Part shown: positions 49,022 through 58,711 of the stretch, one piece after another
Layout: every line of letters begins with the position of its first letter
Position numbering within the stretch: position 1 is the stretch's first letter
Source: Bacillota bacterium
Lineage (GTDB): Bacteria > Bacillota > UBA994
DNA length: 64,000 bases
Reading direction: 5' to 3'
Assembly (NCBI GenBank): GCA_018333655.1
Contig: JAGXTJ010000034.1
Location: 12,716 to 76,715 of the forward strand
The notes under the pieces: model-generated
Told to the model about the DNA's origin: nothing
The model's database searches: none
Seen by the model: only the letters and a program-made list of their open reading frames with translations
Position numbers and translations under genes: made by a program

Positions 49022-50503
49022 ATGAGTTTGTTACTTCAGTCGCCAGTTTTGGCGGTTATTATTCCCTTGCTGTTCTTTGTCGTCATTTACATGGTCGAGC
49101 GGCGCTCTTGGCGACTGCGCAATGCACTAGCTGTGCTCGCCCCACTCGCCTCGTTTGTGTTTTTAGCGAGCAACTACTCCCGTGTGCTCGCGGGAGAGAG
49201 AGTCTTGATTGAGTTTCCTGCGATACTGCCGCCACTAGGCATGTCTTTTAGTGTAGACTACCTCTCGCTACTTGTGGGTCTTGTGGTGTCGGGAGTGTGG
49301 TTCTTAGTGGCAGTCTATTCTACGGAGTACATGGTCAAGGAACATGCCAAGAACCGCTACTATCCCTTCTCGACCCTGACCTTGGCAGGAACCATGGGAG
49401 TGGTACTCAGTGGAGATCTGTTTACGCTCTTTTTGTTCTTTGAGCTGATGTCTCTCTCGGCGTATGTATTGGTAGTTCATGAAGAAACAGCCGAAGCCAT
49501 GCGGGCGGGGTATAAGTACCTGGTGCTCACTATTATCGGCGGGCTAGCCTTGTTTTTTGCCATTATCGCCGTCTTCGAAATTGCGGGCACGGTCTCTTTT
49601 GCCTCCGGTGGCTTTATTGCCGAGGCCAGCGGACTAGCAGTACTAGCCTTCTATGGCTTCCTTATTGGCTTTGGTATCAAGGCAGGGATAGTTCCCTTGC
49701 ATGTCTGGCTGCCCGAGGCACATCCTGTTGCTCCTAGCCCAGCTAGTGCTTTGCTTTCGGGCATTATGCTTAAGACCGGGGTTTACGGCCTCATACGTGT
49801 TGTCTTCAATGTATTCGGTCACGAGGTAGTAAGGGCGGGCGGTTTGGATACAGTTCTGCTAGGTTTAGCTGCCGTGACAATTTTTCTCGGCTCAGCGGTA
49901 GCCATCGCCCAAGATGATATAAAAAGGCGTCTTGCCTATTCGAGCGTTGGACAGATGGGCTATATCTTGCTCGGCATCGGGCTTTTGCAGGAGAGGGCTT
50001 TAATCGGGGCCATTTTTCATATCTTTGCCCACGCCATCATGAAGGCCACACTGTTTTTGTCGGCTGGAGCGATTATCTACAAGACCGGCAAGAGGCGTGT
50101 ATCGGAGTGGCGAGGCCTTGGCCGCGAGATGACGGTCACCATGGTCTCCTTCACCGTAGCCGCTCTCTCCATGATTGGCATTCCGCCCTTGGTTGGTTTT
50201 GTCTCGAAGTGGGAGTTGGCCCTAGGGTCACTTGACGCGGGGAGCTGGGGCTTTGTCATCCTGCTCTTGCTCAGCTCACTGATGAATTTTATCTACTACT
50301 TCCCTGTCATTCAAAATACCCTTTTTGGCGAGCAACACGCAGCCAAAGAGGTGTCCCCCAAAACTCGTGAATTACCTTTAGCCATGCTTGCGCCCATTGT
50401 CTTCATGGCTCTGGTCATTGTTTTTGTCGATCTCTTTCCGCAAAGCGGGGTGCTTGACTTGGCTAAGCGGGCAGCCCAGGCACTATTTCTCGTTGTTAAG
50501 TAA
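49022..50503 (+). CDS. MrpD/MbhH-type antiporter-like subunit 2
   Basis: FFELMS, KAGIVPLHVWLPEAH, LKTG, GFVSK. Confidence 0.9.
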   Translation: MSLLLQSPVLAVIIPLLFFVVIYMVERRSWRLRNALAVLAPLASFVFLASNYSRVLAGERVLIEFPAILPPLGMSFSVDYLSLLVGLVVSGVWFLVAVYSTEYMVKEHAKNRYYPFSTLTLAGTMGVVLSGDLFTLFLFFELMSLSAYVLVVHEETAEAMRAGYKYLVLTIIGGLALFFAIIAVFEIAGTVSFASGGFIAEASGLAVLAFYGFLIGFGIKAGIVPLHVWLPEAHPVAPSPASALLSGIMLKTGVYGLIRVVFNVFGHEVVRAGGLDTVLLGLAAVTIFLGSAVAIAQDDIKRRLAYSSVGQMGYILLGIGLLQERALIGAIFHIFAHAIMKATLFLSAGAIIYKTGKRRVSEWRGLGREMTVTMVSFTVAALSMIGIPPLVGFVSKWELALGSLDAGSWGFVILLLLSSLMNFIYYFPVIQNTLFGEQHAAKEVSPKTRELPLAMLAPIVFMALVIVFVDLFPQSGVLDLAKRAAQALFLVVK

Positions 50504-50514
50504 GGAGAGGGAAG

Positions 50515-52752
50515 ATGGATTCTCTGAACTTGTTGCTCTTAACTCCGACCATCATTCCCATTCTAGGTGCGGTGCTGATTTTATGCGGGACGGTGCGTTC
50601 TTGGTTGTGGCCTCGCCTTGTGGCGGTGGTGGCAGGGCTGCTTACGCTCTCCTCTACTGCTCTGATCTTCCAGCTCGGCCGAAACGGCACTGTACTAGAA
50701 CTCAATCTACTTCAAGTCGTAGACTATGGACTGAGCTTTCGTCCCTCCTTCTTGGGGTCGACTCTGGCCCTGCTTGTCGCGGGGTTATGGGTGCTGGCGA
50801 CCTTGTTCGCAGCTTCTTACCTGCAACACACACATTCGCCGCGGCGTTTTTTCTCTTTTTTTCTCCTCAGCATGAGCGGCTGCCTTGGCGTATTCTTGGC
50901 CGCGGATTACTTTACCCTCTTTGTCTTCTTTGAGTTTATGACCTTCACGGCCTATCCCCTAGTCGTTCATGCGGAAAACGATCACGCTCGCCGAGCGGGG
51001 GATATCTACCTCTACATGAGCGTCGCTGGTGGGCTAGTACTGCTATTTGGCGTCTTGCTACTGGTTTGGACGACGGGTACGGCCGAGATAACGCCGCAGC
51101 TGCATGTATTGCTGGAGAGAGGCGTCAACCCCTATGCCGTGGCCCTGATGTTTGTCGTAGGTTTTGGGCTCAAGATGGGCCTTGTTCCCCTCCATATCTG
51201 GCTGCCCTACACATACACCTCTGCCCCTGCCCCGGCAACGGCCATGCTTTCTGGTGCCATGAATAAAACTGGCGTCTATGGCCTGGTGACTTTTTTGACC
51301 ATCACTCTGGCCGGCAATTCCGCTACTCTCGCGAGTGCCGCTGCACGCGTACAGGAGAACCTCGGCTTGGTGTTAATGGTGGTGGGGCTGGCCACGATGT
51401 TAATCGGGGGCTATCTCGCCTTAATTCAAAACAACATCAAGCGCCTGCTGGCCTATTCGAGCGTTAGCCAGATGGGCTACATACTGCTGGCAGTGGCCTC
51501 AGTGATGTACCTCACCAAGGAAGGTGGCTTAGCTCACACGGCAGCCGTCTACCACGCCTTCAACCATGCCTTGTTCAGCACAGCCTTGTTTCTTTTGGCA
51601 GGCGTAATCTATCTTGCCGCAGGTAGCCTCCACTTGGAACGCCTGGGTGGCTTAGCACGTTTCCTGCCATTTACGGCGATTACTACTCTTATCGCCGCCT
51701 TGTCTGTACTGGGACTACCTGGTTTCGCTGGCTTTGGTAGCAAGACCTTAATCCATAAAGCCCTCGTAGCCGCAGCAGAGCATGGCGCCAGCCCGTGGTT
51801 GCTCCTAGCTGAAAAGCTATTTGTCGTAGGCAGTGCCATCACCGCCGCTTACTTCATCAAACTGTACTTGGGTGTGTTTTTTGGCCAGTTTAAAGGTGAG
51901 CGCCTGCGTAGCCGGCACGAAGGATGGCTCTCGCGGGGGGTTCTCACCCTCTTAAGTGTGAGTATGTTACTTGTCGGCGCCTTTCCGGGGGCTGTTATGC
52001 GTTTCTTTAGCCTTGCAGCGGAAGGAACCCTGGTTAATACAGCCTACTTGGCCAAGAAGCTGCCAACTATCAATTTTTGGACGGCCTATGCCTACGGTGG
52101 GGTGTTTTGGCCCTTTGTCATAGGTGCGGGTTTGTATATTTTGGCCAAGTACAGTGGCCTGTTTGGCTGGCGTTACCCGAAATGGCTGTCTATTGAGGGG
52201 GTTATTTTTCGTCCGGCCTACCAGGCCTTCCTCATTTTTTGCTGTCGCTACGCCACTAAGGCCGATGGGGGCATTTGCGATGTCTATGACAGGGGTGGTA
52301 CCATTTCTGGCCGTTTGTTGCGTCGTGTCAAGAGGTTTGACGACCTCATTGATGAAGGCTATGATGCGGTGGGGCACGGCACCACGCAACTTGTTGAACA
52401 GGCTAGGCAGCTCGATCAGGGCGTGGGCAAGATGTACAAAGTTGCGGGGCAGCGTGCGCAGGCCGTTGCACAGACTATGAGTGCTCTTGACGCTAGTGTG
52501 AGTGTTGGCTACGCCAAGGCCGGTGAGGCCGCCTTGCGCGTTACCGAAGGCCTGACAGAATTAGAGCAGTACGCCGAAGAGGGCGCGACTCAAGCAGCTG
52601 TAATCATCACTTCAAGAGAAGCTCTCGCTCCACGCGTCTCCGAAGACACCGCTTTCAACTTGCAGAACGTGACCATCGGGTCACTTATTGTCGCCGTGCT
52701 TTTGCTTATATTGCTGGCTATCCTGTACATCTTCGGCGGACAAGTTTTGTAG
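50515..52752 (+). CDS. Antiporter-like subunit 3 with an extended repetitive lateral helix and a C-terminal TM anchor
   Basis: FFEFMT, KMGLVPLHIWLP, NKTG, GFGSK; long hydrophilic C-terminal segment followed by a final TM. Confidence 0.88.
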   Translation: MDSLNLLLLTPTIIPILGAVLILCGTVRSWLWPRLVAVVAGLLTLSSTALIFQLGRNGTVLELNLLQVVDYGLSFRPSFLGSTLALLVAGLWVLATLFAASYLQHTHSPRRFFSFFLLSMSGCLGVFLAADYFTLFVFFEFMTFTAYPLVVHAENDHARRAGDIYLYMSVAGGLVLLFGVLLLVWTTGTAEITPQLHVLLERGVNPYAVALMFVVGFGLKMGLVPLHIWLPYTYTSAPAPATAMLSGAMNKTGVYGLVTFLTITLAGNSATLASAAARVQENLGLVLMVVGLATMLIGGYLALIQNNIKRLLAYSSVSQMGYILLAVASVMYLTKEGGLAHTAAVYHAFNHALFSTALFLLAGVIYLAAGSLHLERLGGLARFLPFTAITTLIAALSVLGLPGFAGFGSKTLIHKALVAAAEHGASPWLLLAEKLFVVGSAITAAYFIKLYLGVFFGQFKGERLRSRHEGWLSRGVLTLLSVSMLLVGAFPGAVMRFFSLAAEGTLVNTAYLAKKLPTINFWTAYAYGGVFWPFVIGAGLYILAKYSGLFGWRYPKWLSIEGVIFRPAYQAFLIFCCRYATKADGGICDVYDRGGTISGRLLRRVKRFDDLIDEGYDAVGHGTTQLVEQARQLDQGVGKMYKVAGQRAQAVAQTMSALDASVSVGYAKAGEAALRVTEGLTELEQYAEEGATQAAVIITSREALAPRVSEDTAFNLQNVTIGSLIVAVLLLILLAILYIFGGQVL

Positions 52753-52768
52753 GAAGGGAGTGACAGTC

Positions 52769-53125
52769 TTGACCGCGTTCGACAAAAAAATAGCAGTAAT
52801 CATACTGCTAGTGGCACTTGTCATGATGGCGGGGGTACTTTACAGGCGTGTTGTGACCCCACCCGGTCAACAGTCTGTCATCTTGGTTGACAACAGGGTG
52901 GTGACCACGGTGGTTCTTGCTCCTAATGCGGAGAAAAGAGATTTCATGGTGCAAGGGGTGCGGGGCGAAAGTGTTATTCGTGTCGAAGGCTCCTACATTA
53001 GCATTGTGTCCTCGGCTTGCCCAGATCAGCTCTGTATAAAGATGGGTCGTAAGAGCCGCCCTGGCGAGGTCATCGTCTGCCTGCCTAACCGAGTGGTAGT
53101 CAGGATTGAGGGCAATGAGCACTAG
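52769..53125 (+). CDS. NusG domain II / DUF1312 (EetA-like) membrane-anchored protein
   Basis: D..I TM, ACPDQLCIKMG, IVCLPNRVVVRI. Confidence 0.88.
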   Translation: MTAFDKKIAVIILLVALVMMAGVLYRRVVTPPGQQSVILVDNRVVTTVVLAPNAEKRDFMVQGVRGESVIRVEGSYISIVSSACPDQLCIKMGRKSRPGEVIVCLPNRVVVRIEGNEH

Positions 53126-54314
53126 CTTGCCCGGCCACAAAACCACTGGCAAACGCCCAGTGTAAATTGTAGCCCCCGCAGCGACCGTGCACGTCGAGAA
53201 CCTCTCCGGCGAAGTAAAGTCCCCCTTGCACTTTGGAGCACAGGGTGGCGGGGTCGACCTCATCTAGCGGAATACCCCCCCAGGTTGTCTGTGCTTGTTC
53301 CCAAGTGTGGAGCCCAACAATGGGAAAATCCCACCAGAAAAGCTGGCGGCTCAATCGTGCTAGCTCGGCCCGCGACAGGTCTCCGGCGAACTTCTTATGT
53401 TCTAAGCCAGCTTCTTTTAGAACAGGGAGGCAGAGCTGGTGGGGGAGGTAGCCTGCGAGCGCCTCGCTCGGGGCCTTGAACGAGAGTTCTCCCAGGTAAT
53501 GGCGCAAGAAACCGAGCAGTTTACTTTCGGTGGATTCTTCATATGCTAACTTCAGGCGTAAAGTAAGGCCCTGGCGATGACCTATGGCGCGTGAGAGGTC
53601 AAAAACAGGGATGCCAGAGAGGCCATAGTCAGTGAAAAGAACTTCGCCGTGCTCAGAGAGGCCTAGTTCTGGTATAGCCACTGTGGCCGCCAAGCGTAGC
53701 CCCGACAAGGTCTTGAGATGTGCAGATTGTAGCCGCAGTCCTACTAGGGCGGGGGAGGGAGCGAGTAGGCTATGCCCGAGGGCTTCTGCCAGTCGGTAGC
53801 CATCTCCAGTGCACCCAAGCTTTGGGGCGGCCATCCCACCTGTGGTGAGGAGCACCCGCAGGCCTTGGCTCTGCCCTGTGCCATGACGGAGAGTAAACCC
53901 TCGTGAAGTTGCTTCGATGCTGTGCACGGGGGAACTGACCGCGGTGGCAACCCCCTGGCGCGCTAGTTCGCTTAGAAGCACAGTCAGCACACTTGCGGCC
54001 TGCTTAGTGCGAGGGTACCATCTGCCCTCCTCACTGATGATGAGGAGACCTAGTTCGCCAAAAAAACGTTTTGCAGCTTGGTTGTCAAAACGCCGTAGAA
54101 CTTTTTCTGCTACTCCGACATTGGTGCTGACAAAATTATCTAACGACCAGTGGTCGTTGCCGAGGTTGCAGCGTCCATTACCGGTGGCCAGAATTTTTTT
54201 GCCGAGCTTGGCGTTTTTTTCGATGATGAGTACTTTCGCACCCCGTCTAGCGGCCACAATTGCCGCTACTAGCCCCGATGCTCCGCCACCAACAACCACT
54301 AAGTCATAAATCAT
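53100..54314 (-). CDS. HI0933/YhiN family flavoprotein
   Basis: GGGASG, GKKILATGNGRCN, TGDGY, GEVLFT, GEVLDVHG.CGGYNL. Confidence 0.92.
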   Translation of the reverse strand: MIYDLVVVGGGASGLVAAIVAARRGAKVLIIEKNAKLGKKILATGNGRCNLGNDHWSLDNFVSTNVGVAEKVLRRFDNQAAKRFFGELGLLIISEEGRWYPRTKQAASVLTVLLSELARQGVATAVSSPVHSIEATSRGFTLRHGTGQSQGLRVLLTTGGMAAPKLGCTGDGYRLAEALGHSLLAPSPALVGLRLQSAHLKTLSGLRLAATVAIPELGLSEHGEVLFTDYGLSGIPVFDLSRAIGHRQGLTLRLKLAYEESTESKLLGFLRHYLGELSFKAPSEALAGYLPHQLCLPVLKEAGLEHKKFAGDLSRAELARLSRQLFWWDFPIVGLHTWEQAQTTWGGIPLDEVDPATLCSKVQGGLYFAGEVLDVHGRCGGYNLHWAFASGFVAGQASAHCPQS

Positions 54315-54387
54315 AGTAAGGATTCGCCTCCTACTTCTAGTTGACAGTCGAGGTTCTCGAGGTTTGTACAAGAAAGGACTAAGATTT

Positions 54388-55146
54388 ATGCGTGCATTAA
54401 TACAGGGCTTTATTTTAGGGCTGGTCGTTATCCTTCCCGGTATGAGCGGGGGAACAGTATTTCTTATCATGGGTCTTTATGAGAAAATGATCGCCGACTT
54501 GGTGCGTTTTAACTTGCGTCCCTATGTGCCGATATTCGGCGGCATGGTGGTTGGTATATTCGTAGGGGGCACCGTTTTTGCTCTCGTGTTTGAGAGATTT
54601 CGTGATGTGACGGTGGCCTTTCTCTTTGGCAGCCTCCTAGCTTCTGTACGCGCTGTGCTTGGCGGTGGGCCAAGCCCTAGTGTGCCACGCGTGCTTGCTA
54701 TGTTGGCAGGTTTAGCCGCAGGGCTCATCTTCGGGGCAGAACCCATGATGATGGCGCAGGAAGCGGTGGTGGTCAGTCCCCTTACTTTGCTCATCGGGGG
54801 TGCCTTGAGCACAGCAGCCATGGTTTTGCCGGGTGTGCCGGGTAGTTCCATACTTATTATAATGGGCATCTATGATACCATGCTCTACTATATCAAAGAA
54901 ATGATACTTGGGCAGTTAGCTATTTTTGCTGTAGGCAGTGTGGGGGGCCTATTTTTACTGGCCTATGTGCTCGACAAGCTCTATGCGCGCTATCGCGATC
55001 TTTTGTCCTACTTCTTCGCCGGGCTGATCCTAGGCTCAACTAGGGCCCTCCTGCCGACAGAGTTTACTCTCTTTGTCGTGCTGAGCTTCGTAGTAGGCTT
55101 CATGGTCATGTGGCCTCTTGGCGGCAAGGGGCAAGCTACAACCTAG
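54388..55146 (+). CDS. DUF368 undecaprenyl-phosphate translocase family
   Basis: Twin re-entrant motifs PGMSGGT and PGVPGSS. Confidence 0.85.
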   Translation: MRALIQGFILGLVVILPGMSGGTVFLIMGLYEKMIADLVRFNLRPYVPIFGGMVVGIFVGGTVFALVFERFRDVTVAFLFGSLLASVRAVLGGGPSPSVPRVLAMLAGLAAGLIFGAEPMMMAQEAVVVSPLTLLIGGALSTAAMVLPGVPGSSILIIMGIYDTMLYYIKEMILGQLAIFAVGSVGGLFLLAYVLDKLYARYRDLLSYFFAGLILGSTRALLPTEFTLFVVLSFVVGFMVMWPLGGKGQATT

Positions 55147-55149
55147 TAT

Positions 55150-55941
55150 CTATACTGGGCGTCCCCTTACGGGCACCAGAGAGATTTGGGGGACGTTTTC
55201 ACTGGGGTGCGTAAATACTACTACTGGGCAGCCATAGACGGCCTCAATGAGCGGAGGACGCAGTACTTCTAGGGGAGTCCCCTTAGCAGTCAGTTCTCCC
55301 TGTGACAAGACCAAGAGTCGCTCACAGTATAGAGCGGCCAAGTTTATGTCGTGGAGTACCGTAATAATGGTCATGCCCTCTTGCGACAAAGACTTTAAGA
55401 GCGATAAGAGCTCCATCTGGTGCTTGATATCAAGATGCGCGGTCGGTTCGTCTAGCACGAGTAGGGGGCAGTCTTGGGCGAGGGCGGTAGCGATGCGCGC
55501 CCGCTGCTTTTCGCCGCCGCTCAAGGTGCTAAGGTGTCTACCCTCTAGGTCGATTATTCCCGCCTTGGCAAGTGCCTGATTGACCAGTTCCTCATCCCTT
55601 GGGGTCGCGCCCTGAAGTAGTGACTGGTGGGGTAGGCGGCCTAGGTGGGCCAGTTCTCGCACCGTTAAGTCGATGCCTAGCACACTCTCCTGTTCGACTA
55701 CCGCTAAGTGCTGCGCCATTGCTCGGTGCGAGAGCTTGGCCAGTGGGTAGCCAGCAAGCCACACCTCGCCACTTTGTGGGGTCAGCCAGCGGCTCATGAT
55801 TTTCACTAATGTCGATTTTCCGGAGCCGTTAGGTCCTATTATTCCGGTCAAAGTGCCTTTAGGGAACTCTGCGTTAATGTTCTTCAAGACAGGCCTATGG
55901 GCGAAACTAAAAGAAACATTAGAGATAACTAGCGGGTGCAT
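55150..55941 (-). CDS. btuD: Cobalamin ABC transporter ATP-binding protein
   Basis: GPNGSGKST, LSGGEKQR, DEPT, LHDINLA. Confidence 0.85.
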   Translation of the reverse strand: MHPLVISNVSFSFAHRPVLKNINAEFPKGTLTGIIGPNGSGKSTLVKIMSRWLTPQSGEVWLAGYPLAKLSHRAMAQHLAVVEQESVLGIDLTVRELAHLGRLPHQSLLQGATPRDEELVNQALAKAGIIDLEGRHLSTLSGGEKQRARIATALAQDCPLLVLDEPTAHLDIKHQMELLSLLKSLSQEGMTIITVLHDINLAALYCERLLVLSQGELTAKGTPLEVLRPPLIEAVYGCPVVVFTHPSENVPQISLVPVRGRPV

Positions 55942-56981
55942 TAGATCATCGCCTTTCGGCTTCTAGCAAGCAGGTATAAAAAGAAAGGTCCGCCCACCAA
56001 GGCCGTGATAATGCCAACTGGTAGCTCTGTCGGTCGCAGGATAAAGCGCGAGGCAATGTCAGCAGTGGTCATAAAAATAGCGCCGACCAAGGCGGAATAA
56101 GGCAGCAGGCGGCGATAATTTTCTCCGCCTAAAAGGCGTGCCATATGAGGAGTCATCAGGCCCACAAAGCCAATGACGCCACTGACAGCTACTGCGGCCG
56201 CTGTGAGCAGGGCGGTAGAACACAGGAGGAGGAAACGTACCCTTTCGACATTAACCCCCAGGTGATGCGCAGTCATGTCACCTAGGCTGATGGCCGTGAG
56301 GTAGCGGTGGTAGAAAAAAGCCAGCATGTATCCCGCTACAAGGTAAGGCGCCGCCAAAACTACATGGTGCCAGCCGCGTGCCGCAAAGCTACCCATTAGC
56401 CAGAAGAGCAGGGGATGGATTCTATTGCCGCTAAAGTATACCATGAGGGAAACTAGGGCCGAAAGAAAACTACTCATGGCTATGCCTGCCAGCAGTAACC
56501 CTAAGGTGGAACGGCCAGCTACGCGGCGGGCGAGCAGTAAGACGATGAGCAAAGTGACCACAGCGCCTATGAAGGCCATGGGTGTAATCGCGCCCAGCCC
56601 GAAGATGCTAAACTGCAAGCCAAGCAGCATGGCGGAGGCGGCCCCAAGACTAGCACCCGCCGAAACGCCCAAGATATGGGAGTCAGCGAGACCATTATGG
56701 AGAAGCCCCTGTAGGACGGCCCCTGCTGTGGCCAAGCCAGCGCCCACCATGGCGGCCAGTATTACGCGCGGCAGTCGTAGCCGAAAAATAACAATGGTTT
56801 CGTAGTCCCATTCTGTAGCCGGCTGGGACATTAACTGCACCAGGGCTGGCCCAAAACGGGCAGGGGCGATATCTACCGCCCCCAGCACCATGCCAGCAAG
56901 CATTACGAGCGCCAAAACTAGGGAGAGGGTGACGACTAGTCGCCCTCTCTTTAATTTCTCTACAACCCTGACTAACGCCAT
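55941..56981 (-). CDS. btuC: Cobalamin ABC transporter permease (FecCD family)
   Basis: RLPRV, GVSAGA, FWLMGS, IGFVGL, ELPVG. Confidence 0.85.
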   Translation of the reverse strand: MALVRVVEKLKRGRLVVTLSLVLALVMLAGMVLGAVDIAPARFGPALVQLMSQPATEWDYETIVIFRLRLPRVILAAMVGAGLATAGAVLQGLLHNGLADSHILGVSAGASLGAASAMLLGLQFSIFGLGAITPMAFIGAVVTLLIVLLLARRVAGRSTLGLLLAGIAMSSFLSALVSLMVYFSGNRIHPLLFWLMGSFAARGWHHVVLAAPYLVAGYMLAFFYHRYLTAISLGDMTAHHLGVNVERVRFLLLCSTALLTAAAVAVSGVIGFVGLMTPHMARLLGGENYRRLLPYSALVGAIFMTTADIASRFILRPTELPVGIITALVGGPFFLYLLARSRKAMI

Positions 56982-57874
56982 AAGTCGGGGTGAAGTAGCC
57001 TGGCCATCTCGCGCAGGCCCAAGGCTAGGCGCGGACCTGGGCGCAGTACAAGGTCTTCGTTGACCAGGTAGACGCGATTGTTTGCTATAGCGGGCACAGT
57101 CTCCCAGTTCGCCCTTTGCTTAATGGCCTCCACAGTCTCTGGGCCATGCCCACGGAACATGACAGTTGGCTTTTGGGCCAGTATTTCTTCCAGTGACAAA
57201 ACGGGGAAGTTGGTGGCGGCGTTGCTAGCTAGGTTGATTCCGCCTGCCCGCGTGATGAGCTCATGGATAAAGGTATTGGGTCCGGCACTGGTGATAGGGT
57301 CATGCCAGATCTCAAAGTAGACCAATGGACGGCTGCCCTCTGCTAACCCCCGCGTCTTTTCCTCCACTTCGCGCATGGCAGCGGTCAGTTCCTGCTCAAT
57401 GGCTTGCGCTTGCCTTGTAGTACCTGTGGCCTGGCCCAAAAGGGCGGCGTTAGCGATTACTTGAGCAATGTTCTTGGGGTCTACAGCGAGAACCGGAATG
57501 TTTAACTGCTCTAGTTGTTCTACGACAGCCTGGTGCAGGCTAGCGGCAACGACTAGATCAGGCTTTACGCTGACAATTTTTTCTACCGAGGGGGGGCCAA
57601 AGCCGCCTACCTTTTCTTTGGTCTGTGCCAGAGCGGGATAGTTACAAAATTCAGTTACGCCCACAATTTTGTCACTTAGGCCGAGGGCAAAAAGCAACTC
57701 CGTGGTGCTTGGAGCCAGAGAAACGATGCGTACCGCCGGTTTCTCGAGGGTGATTTGGCGCCCGAAGTCATCCGTTAGGACGATAGGTCTTTGAAAAAGT
57801 GCTGTGATGGGTGCACAGCCGGCCGCAACAAGCGCCAGAATGGCGATTAGGGCCAACAGGGAAAGTTTTTTCAC
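56972..57874 (-). CDS. btuF: Cobalamin-binding lipoprotein
   Basis: LVAAGC lipobox, RIVSLAPSTTE, CNYP, RPGPR; B12 riboswitch upstream. Confidence 0.88.
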   Translation of the reverse strand: MKKLSLLALIAILALVAAGCAPITALFQRPIVLTDDFGRQITLEKPAVRIVSLAPSTTELLFALGLSDKIVGVTEFCNYPALAQTKEKVGGFGPPSVEKIVSVKPDLVVAASLHQAVVEQLEQLNIPVLAVDPKNIAQVIANAALLGQATGTTRQAQAIEQELTAAMREVEEKTRGLAEGSRPLVYFEIWHDPITSAGPNTFIHELITRAGGINLASNAATNFPVLSLEEILAQKPTVMFRGHGPETVEAIKQRANWETVPAIANNRVYLVNEDLVLRPGPRLALGLREMARLLHPDLWR

Positions 57875-57977
57875 AGAGAGACCTCCTTAATATTGTGAGA
57901 CGGTACGAAACACAAGAACAATGTAACAGTTTAGCAAGTCCACTTGTTAAGTTGCAGTACATCCCCTCTCCCATAAA

Positions 57978-58007
57978 GTAAAAATCCTCAACCTTGAGGT
58001 TGAGGAT
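57978..58007 (-). terminator. Riboswitch expression-platform terminator
   Basis: ATCCTCAACC/GGTTGAGGAT stem followed by TTTTACTTT. Confidence 0.75.
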
Positions 58008-58075
58008 AGGTAGAGCAAAAGGGGGCCCCCCATGGCTCTGACCCAGTCCCCTCGACCGAAGGACGGTGTCTGCAT

Positions 58076-58245
58076 CGTGGGGGCAGGTCTCCTGGCTCTG
58101 GGATTCGCGCGCCCGGCTCCTTCCCGTCTGCTACTAGAGACAGTGGTCTTGCCGGGTACTACCCATTACAGTGGCGGGACCGCTCAGGACTTTAACCTGA
58201 TTCCCTTTTAATCCCCACAAACGGGGAACCTCCACAAAGGCTATT
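58076..58245 (-). ncRNA. Cobalamin riboswitch
   Basis: Minus strand reads AAAAGGGAATCAGGT..GCGGTCCCGCCACTGT..CCACTG..GGGAAGG..AGCCAGGAGACCTGCC. Confidence 0.93.
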
Positions 58246-58295
58246 TAATTGCACTACAAGTATAGCACATAAGGACATCGCGCAAAAGCTAGTCT

Positions 58296-58637
58296 TTACC
58301 TGCTGTGATGCGGGCACACTACGAGGTGAAAGTCGCCATAGAGATATGGTGTGCCATGTACGGGGCAGCTTGGTTTGCGATCGAGAAAGCGCAGAAAGAG
58401 CTCATGAGGTTGTAGCGGGTACTTGCCGTAAGTAACAGCAAAATACTCTGTTGCGTTTTGCACTACGTTTTGATTAAATCTACATGCGGCTACTTCCCAC
58501 TTGGTAGGCTCTGCAGGCGGGTCATTGGTGACGGCGGCCACGTCTAGTAGGCGGGTTGTAGCCACGGTGAGAATGATAGCGAGCAAAGTCACAACCATTA
58601 AGAGTTCGAGGAGCGAAAATCCTGCCTGTTGGCGCAT
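58296..58637 (-). CDS. Type IV pilin/ComGC-like prepilin
   Basis: G|FSLLELLMVV cleavage motif; AAGGAGG RBS. Confidence 0.85.
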   Translation of the reverse strand: MRQQAGFSLLELLMVVTLLAIILTVATTRLLDVAAVTNDPPAEPTKWEVAACRFNQNVVQNATEYFAVTYGKYPLQPHELFLRFLDRKPSCPVHGTPYLYGDFHLVVCPHHSR

Positions 58638-58711
58638 TGCGAGAACCTCCTTTATAGAGAAGTGTTCCCGACTCGGCAACTAACAAGTACTGAAAGCAGG
58701 GGTGCGCACGC

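Noticed and set aside
45155..52752. Membrane-bound hydrogenase or complex I
   Set aside because: No NiFe large/small, Fe-S or NuoH-like subunit is present in the locus.
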